Origin: a virus
Lineage: Duplodnaviria; Caudoviricetes
IMG/VR virus record: IMGVR_UViG_3300007983_000014
Coordinates: 1 to 30,252 of that record
DNA: 30,252 nt
Reading direction: 5' to 3' (one strand)
Shown here in pieces: positions 14,128 to 24,114 of the stretch (position 1 is its first letter; every line of letters begins with the position of its first letter). The position numbers were made by a program, and so were the translations under genes. A model generated the notes under the pieces. The model saw nothing but the letters and a program-made list of their open reading frames with translations. It was not told where the DNA came from and did not search any database.

Positions 14128-14433
14128 ATGAGACTTACAAATAAGAGCAGATCCAAGATGCTTCGCATCGTGCAGGATCGATGGCCGGCTTGCTGTGACG
14201 TGCGTATCGTAGAAGGTCAAATCGAGTTCGCTATCTATAACGCAATGGGCGGGAAGCACTGGGTAAATATCACCATCGTTCCCTATGAAGTTGAACTTGC
14301 GCTTTACAGAAATAGCTATATTGAAACACTAACTCCACTGAAAAAAGGCATGAAGTATGCAGTTCCTGAAGTATCTCCCGATAAACAAAAACAGCACTTT
14401 AGGAGTCGCTTACGTCGTGATTCCACTAGCTGA
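14128..14433 (+). CDS. Hypothetical protein
   Basis: 101-aa ORF in operon context; overlaps the next gene. Confidence 0.55.
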   Translation: MRLTNKSRSKMLRIVQDRWPACCDVRIVEGQIEFAIYNAMGGKHWVNITIVPYEVELALYRNSYIETLTPLKKGMKYAVPEVSPDKQKQHFRSRLRRDSTS

Positions 14434-14731
14434 GCTGGGGCAAATGCTGCTTGGCTTCAAGATCATGGCACGCAAGGACTCTCAAGGGTACTTCGTTAGC
14501 GAACCGTCGTTCTACGTGGAACAGGAAGACAAGTACCACCCATATTTTACGATTGACAGCAACATCGCGAAGGATCAGATCACAGACTTCATCAGGTCTC
14601 ATGTCTCTCCTTTGCTAAATGCTGGAGGGCAACAGGGCGCACCACAGCAGCAGAGCGCACAGACTGGTTACCCGGCTATGGATCGTGGAGCGCAACAACA
14701 GCGGATAGCTCCGGATAACGTGCCATTCTGA
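14357..14731 (+). CDS. Putative ssDNA-binding protein (SpoVG-like core, Q-rich linker, SSB-like tail)
   Basis: LGVAYV...GFKIM...GYFVSEPS...KYHPYF pattern; C-terminal DNVPF resembles the SSB DDIPF tip. Confidence 0.6.
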   Translation: MQFLKYLPINKNSTLGVAYVVIPLAELGQMLLGFKIMARKDSQGYFVSEPSFYVEQEDKYHPYFTIDSNIAKDQITDFIRSHVSPLLNAGGQQGAPQQQSAQTGYPAMDRGAQQQRIAPDNVPF

Positions 14732-14762
14732 TTGATCTTTAAAAAGTAGTGTGGGGGGAACC

Positions 14763-15908
14763 ATGTCTATGAAATGAAGATTCGAGGAGCGTAAAATCAG
14801 CTCTCTCAAGAAGCATCCAAAGAATCCACGCAGGCTTTCAAAGCACGACGCTGAGCACCTAAAGGAGAGCGTCGACAAGTTCGGGCTGTGTGAGCCGATC
14901 ATTGTTTCACCGGAAGGAATGATCATCGGAGGGCACCAGCGATGCCGCATCCTCAAGAAGCTTGGGCACAAGACGGCATGGGTCGCAGTATGCGATGAGA
15001 CGATCACTCAAGAGCAGATCGACGAGCTAAACATCCGGCTCAATCGCAACAGCGGAGAATGGGACGACGACATCCTTGCGAACGAGTGGGAGCTTCGAGA
15101 CCTGATCGAGTGGGGTTTCACTCCAGACGAGCTTTCTGTTGATACCACAGCACTTGATCCAGCTGAAGAAGATGATGACGCACTCAGTTGTGGATCAGAT
15201 AGTGATATCATCACAAAGAAAGGAGACATCTGGAATCTTGGCGTACATACACTCATGTGCTGTGATAGCTCAAGCATGACAGATGCAGTTGCACAAGATT
15301 CAATGGTGATGACTGACCCGCCTTATGAACTCGACGGCAAACAAGTAGCAAAGATCATCGAGGGCCTTTCTGATCATGTTTGCTTGATTACATCAATGCG
15401 GCAGTGCATCGACGTTCTTAACGCTTTAGACTGGAAATTCCATTTTGATTTCGTCATTGATGGGAAAATTCCCAAAAGCATGATGAACCGCAAATGCCCA
15501 TACTACGTACATCAGACGGGTGTTTATCTCTCTCGCGATGGATCATCGTATTTTTCAAATGATCATTCGAAAGGAAGACGGTCAGACGACAAAAGTAACA
15601 CAGGCTATTGGAAGACGATCATTGACAGCCCTAGGAACACACAAGCTGCTCATCCTCATGCAAAAAATCTTCAAGGCATGATAGACGTACTTGCTGGGTT
15701 CGACGTAAACAATCTATTTGATCCGTTTGCAGGATCGGGAACAACTCTTATTGCTGCAGAGAGAACGGAACGCACTGCAACATGTTTCGAGATTGAACCC
15801 AAATATTGCGATTTAATCGTTGATCGGTATGTCAAATATTGCAAAAAAAACAACACCGATTGTGTTCTGTTGAAGAACGGAGAGCCTTTTGATTTTGGTG
15901 ACAAGTAA
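14763..15908 (+). pseudogene. ParB-like domain fused to an N6A/N4C DNA methyltransferase; in-frame TGA at codon 5 (track calls 14919..15908)
   Basis: MSMK*RFEERKISSLKKHPKNPRRL...FGLCEPIIV...IIGGHQR, DPPY, HPHAK and FDPFAGSGTTLIAAE (beta-class motif order). Confidence 0.75.
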
Positions 15909-15950
15909 ATTATTTCTGAGTATGTTACAGAAATAGCTTACAGGTTTGAA

Positions 15951-16361
15951 ATGCAAGATATTTGTCAAAATCATCACGGTAACAATCCAGAGTCAACACT
16001 TGCGTATAGCACGGGTCGGAAGAATTATGCGAGCATACGCCTTCGAGTTTTCGAAGCAATCGAACAACTAGGCGACGCTACCACAGACGAGCTTGAGCAG
16101 TATCTAGTTATTCCCAACCAGACACTTTCGGCAAGGGTCTCAGAGCTGAAAAAGATGGGTCGTATCGTTCCCACTGGTGAAAGACGGCTTACACGACTGG
16201 GACGACCTGCAGCGGTATACAAAGCCAACATGGAGCACAGAGAATGGCAGACGAATTACCTAAGAAGAGAGGGAGACCCCGAAAAAGTCCTGACGCGGAT
16301 ACTGAGAAACCGAAGAAAAAGAGCGCAAAGACCAGCACCGGTACAAAGCCCAAGCGTGTGA
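15951..16361 (+). CDS. Winged-helix DNA-binding protein
   Basis: GDATTDELEQYL..PNQTLSARVSELKKMGRIVPTGERRLTRLGRPAAVY pattern. Confidence 0.75.
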   Translation: MQDICQNHHGNNPESTLAYSTGRKNYASIRLRVFEAIEQLGDATTDELEQYLVIPNQTLSARVSELKKMGRIVPTGERRLTRLGRPAAVYKANMEHREWQTNYLRREGDPEKVLTRILRNRRKRAQRPAPVQSPSV

Positions 16362-16897
16362 TGCCAGTCTCCCCAGGGCGCACAAAAATTGGTGTTGTGT
16401 GGGGAGATGAAGACAAGGCGCGCCACAAGAAGAATTTCGCTAGAATACGTAAAGAAATCAACATGGATCAGGTCATCTACTGGATGGATCTGCAAGCCAC
16501 TGCTGGAGAAATTGCGGGTTGCTTTCATGTCTCTACTGAGACGCTGAAGAGGCGCATCAAGGAAGAGTTTGGCTTGAGCTTCACGCAGCTACGCGACGAA
16601 GTGACTAACAGTGGTGGGCGCTCAAAGTGCTCCCTTCGTCGCTATCAATTCGACTTAGCAAAGAAGAGTAGCGCGATGGCGATATGGCTAGGCAAGCAAT
16701 GGCTAGGACAAAAGGATCACGAAGACAAGAAAGACGAGCTTCCTCCACACCTTGCTAAGCTTATTGAATACTGCTGCAAAGACATGGAAGCACCAAGGCC
16801 CGCAGAGGTAAACATTAGTCCAGCAGACGAGTCTGGCATACCCGCTCCCGCTGATATAGATCTAATGCACCCGGAGAGCGATGAAAGAGGGGCTTAG
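16244..16897 (+). CDS. terS: Putative terminase small subunit
   Basis: Basic N-terminus, HTH (TAGEIAGCFHVSTETLKRR) and LRRYQF...AMAIWLGKQWLGQKD motif; immediately upstream of TerL. Confidence 0.75.
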   Translation: MADELPKKRGRPRKSPDADTEKPKKKSAKTSTGTKPKRVMPVSPGRTKIGVVWGDEDKARHKKNFARIRKEINMDQVIYWMDLQATAGEIAGCFHVSTETLKRRIKEEFGLSFTQLRDEVTNSGGRSKCSLRRYQFDLAKKSSAMAIWLGKQWLGQKDHEDKKDELPPHLAKLIEYCCKDMEAPRPAEVNISPADESGIPAPADIDLMHPESDERGA

Positions 16898-18161
16898 CGA
16901 TAAGCAAAAGCTAGTTGTCCGATCATGCAATGCCAGGATCAATATACTTACAGGCAGCGTAAGAAGCGGAAAGACGCTAATCAGCAACGTAAGATTCGCA
17001 CGTGAGCTAGCTCAAGGCCCACAGGGCGACGTGATGATTATCGGCGTTAGTCGCGAGAGCATCCAGCGGAACGTGATTAACGACCTATGCGCTCTTATGT
17101 CGATTCGCCCACCCGCTTCTAAGACGAACGAGCTGCAGCTAATGAACAGGCGTTGTTACTTGATCGGAGCTAATGACGAAAGCGCTGTAAGACGCATCCA
17201 AGGTTCTACAATCTTATGCGCACTAGTCGACGAAGCTGCAAACATTCCGCGCCCATTCTGGAATATGCTACTTAGCAGACTGTCAATAGCGGGTGCTAAG
17301 TTGTTCGCCACTTGTAACCCTGAAGGCCCCTACCATTGGCTTAAAACCGAGTTTCTAGACCGAGAGGGGGATCTGGATCTTGAATCCCATCACTTCATTC
17401 TAGATGACAACCCTTCACTTGACGAGACCTATAAAGCCAACCTCAAGAAAGAGTACACTGGTCATTGGTACGCGCGATACATCCTAGGGCAATGGGCAGT
17501 CGCGGAGGGTCTGATCTTCGACTCTATCTCAAAGGACCACTTCACAGACGAGCAGTTCCCAGACCCGCAGTACTATATCGCAGGCATCGACTACGGGAGC
17601 ACGAACCCAACAGCATGCCTCCTAGTAGGCATATCCCCGCAGGCATGGCCACAGATTCGCATTGAGAAAGAGTACTATTTCGACAGCTCGAAGGCTCCTA
17701 GGTCAAAGACGGATGCAGAGCTTGCCGACGACATAGAGGGCTTTCTAAAGGGATACAACCTTGAGTCAATTTTCCTCGATCCAAGCGCCAAAAGCCTAAG
17801 GCTTGAGCTTCAATCGAGAGACCTACCCGTTGAAGAGGCAAACAATGACGTGCTTCCAGGGATAAAAACGGTCGGAAAGTTCATCTCTCAAAATAACATT
17901 GTGATACGAGAGAATTGCGTCAATCTAAAAAAAGAATTACATTCATATTCATGGGATAGCAAAGCTGCTCTTAAGGGCAAGGACATTCCTTTGAAGACTA
18001 ATGACCATGCGTGTGACGCCCTTAGATACTGCTTGTATTCAGCATTCCCGGATGGAGAGCTTTACAACCCATCTAACTCTCTGTCAATCGATCAGATCAG
18101 GCAAAGAGCGTATGGAACGAACGACATGTGGAGTAGAAGCACCGTAGGAGGGTACTTTTAA
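16881..18161 (+). CDS. terL: Terminase large subunit, PBSX family
   Basis: Walker A GSVRSGKT, Walker B ALVDEA, ATCNPEGP, nuclease GIDYG and DPSA, C-terminal NDHACDALRY. Confidence 0.95.
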   Translation: MKEGLSDKQKLVVRSCNARINILTGSVRSGKTLISNVRFARELAQGPQGDVMIIGVSRESIQRNVINDLCALMSIRPPASKTNELQLMNRRCYLIGANDESAVRRIQGSTILCALVDEAANIPRPFWNMLLSRLSIAGAKLFATCNPEGPYHWLKTEFLDREGDLDLESHHFILDDNPSLDETYKANLKKEYTGHWYARYILGQWAVAEGLIFDSISKDHFTDEQFPDPQYYIAGIDYGSTNPTACLLVGISPQAWPQIRIEKEYYFDSSKAPRSKTDAELADDIEGFLKGYNLESIFLDPSAKSLRLELQSRDLPVEEANNDVLPGIKTVGKFISQNNIVIRENCVNLKKELHSYSWDSKAALKGKDIPLKTNDHACDALRYCLYSAFPDGELYNPSNSLSIDQIRQRAYGTNDMWSRSTVGGYF

Positions 18162-20176
18162 TGGGTTACGAATACACCGGCGGTGCTGATTATTACGTGG
18201 ATGGCGGTGAAAAAGAGCGCTCTATAAAGAGCATGATGGATCACTACTACAATGAGGCATACACAGCGAATAGTGCCTATTGGAGCCAAGGGCTCATAGA
18301 CAAGCGCTTCAAAGTAGGCGACCAGACGCTTAGCTCCTCTCTCTATGGTCAAGACGACTTCTACGGCAAAAAGCAGTTCTTCTTCAATCGGATCAGAAAG
18401 CATGTGAATATGCTATCGGGTCACCAGCGAAGGAACCGAAAAAGCTTCATGACGGAGCCGCTTGAGTCAGACGACACAGAGCTTAGCGACGACTTCACAA
18501 AGGCTCTACTGTACTGTGAGCGCACAAGCCGATTCCAGGAATCGTTTTCTAAGTCGTGCGAAGGTGCTGCAGATGTTGGCGTAAGCTGGATGCACCTAGA
18601 TATCGACTACCAGCGTGAGCCCGTCAGGGGTGAGCTGATTTGGGACAACGTAGCCTATAACAATTGCCTAGTAGATCCCTACTTCAGAAAGCCGGATCTA
18701 AGCGACTGCAACTTTTGGTGGCGTAGGCAATGGGTCTCTAAAGACTATCTCAAAACGATTATCCCCGAACGCTCTAAGGAGATAAACAGGCTTCGTGCAT
18801 CTGGAAACAAGGACGGCAGGTTTAGCACACAGGTTGAGATGCAGCAACAGAGCTGCAATGACCTATTGCCTCTTGATTACTTCTACTATCTGAGCACGCG
18901 AAAGGCAACGATAGTCATAGATCGTCAGGACGGCCACGTATACGAGATGATGGACAAGGATGCAGAGCTAGCACCCTGGGAAATCAAGAAGGTCGTCGAG
19001 AAGAGTACGGTTAAGATGGCACTCGTTGTGGGTAAAAAAGTGCTATATGACGGACCCAACAGCCTAGGAACAGACCGCTGGCCTATCGTGCCTACACTGT
19101 GTTACTACGAGCCCGACTTACCCAACTTGTCCTACAGAATACAGGGCGTAGTTAGGAATATGCGCGACGCTCAATTTTTGTATAATAGGCGCAAGGTCAT
19201 TGAGCTAGACATACTTGAGAGCGTGGCTAACTCAGGATGGATATATGAGGTTGACGCTGTAACGGATCCAAAGTCCTTCAGACAAACCTCTCAAGGCGTT
19301 TTGATACCCGTCAAAAAGGGAAAAGACATTCGTTCATCTATCGAGCGAATCCAGCCACCTAGCATCCCCGAATCGATGATTGCCCTATCGCGATCCCTTG
19401 CCGAAGATATCACAGACATTAGCGGCGTAAGCGATGAGCTGATGGGAAGCGCAACAGATGATAAGGCAGGCATCCTAAGCATGTTGCGGCAGGGTGCAGG
19501 ACTCACCACCCTTCAGCCGATCTTTGACACGTGGGATTTCGCGCAACAGCTCTGTGGTTCTCTCATGCTAGAAACAGCACAGCGCAACTGGACTGAGGGG
19601 AAAGTGAAGCGGATCTTGAACAAGGATGAAGTCAACCCGCGATTCTTCGACACAGAGCTAAGCAAGTATGAAGTAGTCGTGAAGCCAGGTGTCTACAGCG
19701 TCACACAGCAGCAGATGGAAGCGCAACAGCTAGTCTATGCGCGTAACGAGCTGGGTATCCCAATCCCCGATAAAAGCATCATCCGCTCACTTTCTATTCA
19801 GAATAAGGACGAGCTACTCAAAGACATTCAGGAAGAGAGAGATGCACAGCAGCAGATTCAGCAGCAGGCCCAGCAGATTCAGCAGATGGAAGCGCAGAGT
19901 AAAGCAGCTGTACAGCAGGCTAAAGCTAGTGCTGATACAGCCCTCGCACAGGAGCGACAAGCTAAGATCGTACAGGGCTCAGCTGATATGGCACTCAAAC
20001 TATCTCAGGCAGAGAAAGACGAAGCGGAAGCGGATCTTGCACTTGTCAAGCAGCTTGTTGAGATCGACGGCCTTAGCATGGAAAGACTTGCTCGCTCGAT
20101 GCAGATTGCTGAAATGATCAGGCAAGAAGGAAATCAGAAAGAGTTACCCACAAACCCCTGGGGGGAAATGTTATGA
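18161..20176 (+). CDS. Portal protein, P22-like
   Basis: 671 aa after TerL; FNRIRKHVNMLSGHQRRNR and GVVRNMRDAQFLYNRR motifs; Q-rich C-terminal coiled coil. Confidence 0.88.
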   Translation: MGYEYTGGADYYVDGGEKERSIKSMMDHYYNEAYTANSAYWSQGLIDKRFKVGDQTLSSSLYGQDDFYGKKQFFFNRIRKHVNMLSGHQRRNRKSFMTEPLESDDTELSDDFTKALLYCERTSRFQESFSKSCEGAADVGVSWMHLDIDYQREPVRGELIWDNVAYNNCLVDPYFRKPDLSDCNFWWRRQWVSKDYLKTIIPERSKEINRLRASGNKDGRFSTQVEMQQQSCNDLLPLDYFYYLSTRKATIVIDRQDGHVYEMMDKDAELAPWEIKKVVEKSTVKMALVVGKKVLYDGPNSLGTDRWPIVPTLCYYEPDLPNLSYRIQGVVRNMRDAQFLYNRRKVIELDILESVANSGWIYEVDAVTDPKSFRQTSQGVLIPVKKGKDIRSSIERIQPPSIPESMIALSRSLAEDITDISGVSDELMGSATDDKAGILSMLRQGAGLTTLQPIFDTWDFAQQLCGSLMLETAQRNWTEGKVKRILNKDEVNPRFFDTELSKYEVVVKPGVYSVTQQQMEAQQLVYARNELGIPIPDKSIIRSLSIQNKDELLKDIQEERDAQQQIQQQAQQIQQMEAQSKAAVQQAKASADTALAQERQAKIVQGSADMALKLSQAEKDEAEADLALVKQLVEIDGLSMERLARSMQIAEMIRQEGNQKELPTNPWGEML

Positions 20177-20373
20177 AAATGGACGGAAAATACGATTACG
20201 GTCGCAAAGCCAAGTACAAAGAGCAGAGCGCAAAGCTGCCAAAAGGGTGCTACGAGATGAAGGTAGACATGCCTCGCAACAAAGAGATGCCTTACTCAGA
20301 GGACAACGCAGCTGAGTACAAGCACGACCTTGAAGCGCAAGCACGCTACATGAAGAAAAACAGGATGAAGTAA
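20173..20373 (+). CDS. Small basic hypothetical protein
   Basis: Start and stop overlap both neighbours (ATGA and TAATG). Confidence 0.7.
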   Translation: MKMDGKYDYGRKAKYKEQSAKLPKGCYEMKVDMPRNKEMPYSEDNAAEYKHDLEAQARYMKKNRMK

Positions 20374-21014
20374 TGACGAAGCTCCGGGGAATGACTGCAG
20401 GCGAAGCAGAGGACAAAATTCGCCAGGACCGAACGGTTTACAAGGCCATGGAAGTGGCGGAGGCTGCATGCCATGACATCATGCAGGAAGTGGAGAAGTG
20501 CGCCTCCTCGCATCACGATATCATCGAAGACTCAGAGTTCTTCGTGATCATGCTCATAGGTGATGACAATGTCCTAAAGACGGTGACGCGTCGCAAGTTC
20601 TACGCATATCACTACTTGCCACAGCCTCGGCCGAATCAGTCGGTGTGGATGTACTCAAAGGCTTCAAGGTCTTTGATGTTCCTATGGGCTCTACCTGAGC
20701 CGATGACGATGGCCGCGCTGTCTACGATGATGGCAGTAGATCCAGCATACCAGAATATGAAGATGTGGTCAGATTGGTTCTATAGTGGGAAGTTTTCGCA
20801 ACACGTTCGAAAGCACTTTCAGAAACCGGATTGGTTAACAGAGGGTGAATACCTAGCAGCTAACCGCGCCGAACTCAGTCAAGCGGTCCTTGATAAGGAC
20901 AGCAGACTTGGGACCAATCCCCTTGATAGCACGAATGTCGATGTCCAAAATCTCATAGACGCGTGTAAACCCGGCTCGAGTGAGAACATAGGTGATGCGC
21001 CTAGGCAGGCATAG
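20373..21014 (+). CDS. Hypothetical head-module protein
   Basis: 213 aa, coupled to the upstream gene. Confidence 0.75.
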   Translation: MTKLRGMTAGEAEDKIRQDRTVYKAMEVAEAACHDIMQEVEKCASSHHDIIEDSEFFVIMLIGDDNVLKTVTRRKFYAYHYLPQPRPNQSVWMYSKASRSLMFLWALPEPMTMAALSTMMAVDPAYQNMKMWSDWFYSGKFSQHVRKHFQKPDWLTEGEYLAANRAELSQAVLDKDSRLGTNPLDSTNVDVQNLIDACKPGSSENIGDAPRQA

Positions 21015-21104
21015 AACATCAAGGGAAACGTCGCAGTGCATGCGTAGCAGCGCGTTATGAAAGTGAGCGGCGTCTTTTTTTAAGTCATATTTAGAGTTCT
21101 TCAT
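20853..21104 (-). CDS. RNA polymerase alpha C-terminal-domain-like (HhH) protein, overlapping antisense gene
   Basis: SLDVLCLPRRITYVLTRAGFTRVYEILD...IKGIGPKSAVLIKDRLTEFG fits the alpha-CTD pattern. ATG 21104 preferred over track start 21155. Confidence 0.65.
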   Translation of the reverse strand: MKNSKYDLKKDAAHFHNALLRMHCDVSLDVLCLPRRITYVLTRAGFTRVYEILDIDIRAIKGIGPKSAVLIKDRLTEFGAVSC

Positions 21105-21116
21105 AGGGGGGAGATT

Positions 21117-21941
21117 ATGGAAGAAACAGCAGTAAATCAAGAAAATCTTGAGCAATCAGCAGAAAAACGCATTGAAAATCAAGACCATGTACCAAGTGGT
21201 GATGCTCCCGAGCAAGATTCTCCGCTTGACTCAGCAGAAGCAGTCAATGAAGCAGAGTCAGAGGAAGAGAAGAATTGGCGTGCCTTCAGAGACGGACGCA
21301 AGCGAGACAGGGAGCTGGCGAAAGAGAAGGAACAGGAAGCACGCAGAGCAAACGAGCAAAAAGCACAGCTCCAAGACTTTATCGCGCAGCATCTGGAAAG
21401 CAACGGGCAGCGCGGGAACATGTCACCCGCTCAGCAAGAGCAAGCAGCCATCGACTTGCTTGATAATGAGATCCACACAGGTGGAGAAATTAAGCAGTGG
21501 CTTGAGCAAAAGTTTTCGAAAGATATGGAAACACGCCTCGAGCAGCGTTTCGCAAATTGGCAAAAAGAGCGCGAACGAGAAGAGTTGCCCAAGCGCATTT
21601 CTGAAACCATGCCCGACTATGACGACGTGATGAGTCGTGAGAGTATCGACTATCTCGAATACCGTGCGCCCGCACTCGCTAGAATGATCAGCGGACACCT
21701 TTCAGACCCTGAGAAAATGTCGCTCAACGAAGTCAAAGCAGCTTATGAAGCCGTCAAGTGCATCGTGCCCAATCGCTCATCAAGGCATCGTGAAGACAAA
21801 AAAACGGATGAGATTCACAGTCGCCCACGCAGCGGAGCAGCTTCACAGCAAGCGCGTAGCGATGCGCCGATTCAAATGACTGCTGAGAGTCGCAAAAGAG
21901 CCTATCAAGAGATGATAGCAGCCGAACGCGGACGAGCTTAA
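21117..21941 (+). CDS. Putative capsid scaffolding protein
   Basis: Acidic disordered N-terminus and coiled coil; lies between portal and capsid genes; GGGGAG SD. Confidence 0.7.
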   Translation: MEETAVNQENLEQSAEKRIENQDHVPSGDAPEQDSPLDSAEAVNEAESEEEKNWRAFRDGRKRDRELAKEKEQEARRANEQKAQLQDFIAQHLESNGQRGNMSPAQQEQAAIDLLDNEIHTGGEIKQWLEQKFSKDMETRLEQRFANWQKEREREELPKRISETMPDYDDVMSRESIDYLEYRAPALARMISGHLSDPEKMSLNEVKAAYEAVKCIVPNRSSRHREDKKTDEIHSRPRSGAASQQARSDAPIQMTAESRKRAYQEMIAAERGRA

Positions 21942-22055
21942 AAGACGGCGGGTGCACTCAAAATCCCTTAGGTGAGGGTGCACAGTCTTGCCCATTCACT
22001 TCATAGTTCTAAAACTTTCTTTCATTAAAATATTGCCTTTCATAACATGCCGGAA

Positions 22056-22113
22056 GCGCTGTACATAGAGTTTCGCGCACTCAATCTGGCTGTAAAGACG
22101 ACTCGCCACCGTT
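22056..22113 (+). promoter_or_regulatory. Tandem structured motif in the major capsid leader
   Basis: Two ~31-nt units, each GCTGTA followed by a short stem with TCGC in the loop. Confidence 0.45.
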
Positions 22114-22145
22114 AGGCAATTTTTTAATTTGAAAATGGTTTAACT

Positions 22146-23105
22146 ATGGCTACCGGTATAACAAATATCGGGAACTTGCAGCCAGAAATGCCGATCCAAA
22201 TGGCTGAGCGGCTGCTAAGTACCCCCCAATTTAACTTAATTTACTCCATCGGCGTAGACCTTCACGAAGCAGATGCACATATGAGTTTTACGACCCGCAT
22301 GAGCCGCTTTGAGCGTCTTAGCACAGACGGCGGACAGCTTGACGGCTCGGGACTAGATCCAGCTCCAGAAGTTGTTGTGCGCTCTGATATCGATGCGGAT
22401 ATGGAGATTTTCGCGAAGGCGATCACAGTCAACGAGCAAGTGAGACTGTATGAAGGTGATAAGACTCTCAATAAGTTCACCCGCTTGCTCGGTCAGTGGC
22501 TGAGAGAAAAAGAAGATCTGTTGATGCGAGACCTATGGGCCTCCGCTCCAACAAGCGTAAAAGCACAGGGTGGTGTTAACGGCGACGATCCTACAGAGAT
22601 TACACGTAGTGACGTGAATAACATCGAGCAGCTGCTGTTAAATAACGACGCGCACACTTTGCTAGAGAGCATAGAAGCATCTAATCAGTTTGGAACGGGC
22701 CCTGTACGCGATGCCTTCATTGGCTTGGCGAGCACTCGAATCACGAACGATCTGCAGAACGTCAGCGGCGTACAGCTTAAGAGCCAGTACCCAGGCAATC
22801 CAGATGAGTACATGCCAGAAGAGTATTGTGCCATTAGCCGCTTCCGCATGTTCGTTTCCTCAAAGGGAGCGATTACAGAAAACGCTTCTTTGTTGGGCGC
22901 GAATATCTACGAGATTCCAATGTACGGCGTTGAGGCTGCTGCTAAGATCGAGCAGAACGGCTACAGCTCGGTCATTGGGTATCGCTCTCCTGAGATTGTG
23001 AGCCGCGTTGCTCAAAACTCTGAGCTATACGCAAAGTTTGCAATCGCACGAGCAATCACCAACCAGGCTTGGGTGGTTCGTCTCCAAGTCACCCAAAGAC
23101 TGTAG
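22146..23105 (+). CDS. Major capsid protein, N4-gp56-like family
   Basis: 319 aa; RMSRFERL, NEQV, GGVNGDDPTEITRSD and FGTGPVRDAF segments recognised from N4-gp56-type capsids; follows the scaffold gene. Confidence 0.85.
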   Translation: MATGITNIGNLQPEMPIQMAERLLSTPQFNLIYSIGVDLHEADAHMSFTTRMSRFERLSTDGGQLDGSGLDPAPEVVVRSDIDADMEIFAKAITVNEQVRLYEGDKTLNKFTRLLGQWLREKEDLLMRDLWASAPTSVKAQGGVNGDDPTEITRSDVNNIEQLLLNNDAHTLLESIEASNQFGTGPVRDAFIGLASTRITNDLQNVSGVQLKSQYPGNPDEYMPEEYCAISRFRMFVSSKGAITENASLLGANIYEIPMYGVEAAAKIEQNGYSSVIGYRSPEIVSRVAQNSELYAKFAIARAITNQAWVVRLQVTQRL

Positions 23106-23116
23106 GAGGTTGAATC

Positions 23117-24106
23117 ATGGGACTAACATTACTTGACCAAGGCTCTTTTACGAGCGACGGATCAGCAAAGATTATCAATCTACCGGGTTCATGCGATCAC
23201 TTTGTATGCACCAATTTGACACAGGCAGCTACTACACAGTCTACGGGTCGTGGGGTGAAGTTTGAGTGGTTCCCTAATTTGAGCAATGGCGAAGCGCTCA
23301 AGTACGGAAAGGAAGACTCAGACGACATTCTCAACTATGACCTGGTGACGAGTGGAGGCTTCACTTATTACGAGTCACGTCCTTCACCTGAAGCGGCGGT
23401 GACGGCTACAGCAATCACAGCTGCGGACCCTGCGGTTGTTTCTGCGACAGCTCACGGGTACTCAGTCGGTGACCGAGTGCGTGCTTACGGCACCACTGGA
23501 ATGCTTCAGATTGCAGGAATGGATTTCACAGTGACGGCAGTTGGCAGCGCTAACGCTTTCACACTTGGCTATCTAGATGCGTCTGGTTTTGCTGCAGCTG
23601 CAACAGCGGGTTCATTCCGTAGACTCCCTCTACTAGCTTCAGCTGAGCCGTCCGCACTCTACATCACAGAGATTACCCAGGCAGCGAGTGCCGTTGTGAC
23701 ATTCAGCGTCACGCACCCATATAGCGTGGGCGATCTAGTGTATTTCCGCGTTCCTGCAAGCATGGGAATGGTAGAGATGGACGGACTCACAGGCAAAGTT
23801 ACTGAAATCAGCGCAGCCAACAACACTGTGACAGTAGACATTGATTCACAAGCCTTCACAGCGTTTGCATTCTCTGCGAGTGCAGCCTCTAACAAGGAAT
23901 TTGCTATCGCTGGACCCGCTGGAAAGCGTGGTCTATACGACAACATTTTCTCCAGTGGCCGATCCCTTCTAGATATTGACGGATTCGGATCAGGTCAGTT
24001 CCACCCATACATGCATCTTGCAGCGGGCGCACAGTCCCCAGCAGGAAGCACAAGTGACGTGATCATTTGGCAGGCATGGAAAGCGGAACAGCTTGTGGCT
24101 GAATAA
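23117..24106 (+). CDS. Virion structural protein with two FCCH-like beta modules
   Basis: Repeated IT.A..AVV....H.YSVGD.V....GM module; AGGAGG SD directly after the capsid gene. Confidence 0.7.
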   Translation: MGLTLLDQGSFTSDGSAKIINLPGSCDHFVCTNLTQAATTQSTGRGVKFEWFPNLSNGEALKYGKEDSDDILNYDLVTSGGFTYYESRPSPEAAVTATAITAADPAVVSATAHGYSVGDRVRAYGTTGMLQIAGMDFTVTAVGSANAFTLGYLDASGFAAAATAGSFRRLPLLASAEPSALYITEITQAASAVVTFSVTHPYSVGDLVYFRVPASMGMVEMDGLTGKVTEISAANNTVTVDIDSQAFTAFAFSASAASNKEFAIAGPAGKRGLYDNIFSSGRSLLDIDGFGSGQFHPYMHLAAGAQSPAGSTSDVIIWQAWKAEQLVAE

Positions 24107-24114
24107 TTTTCCCC

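Noticed and set aside
19845-19895. CAG-rich repeats in the portal gene
   Set aside because: Explained by the Gln-rich C-terminal coiled coil.
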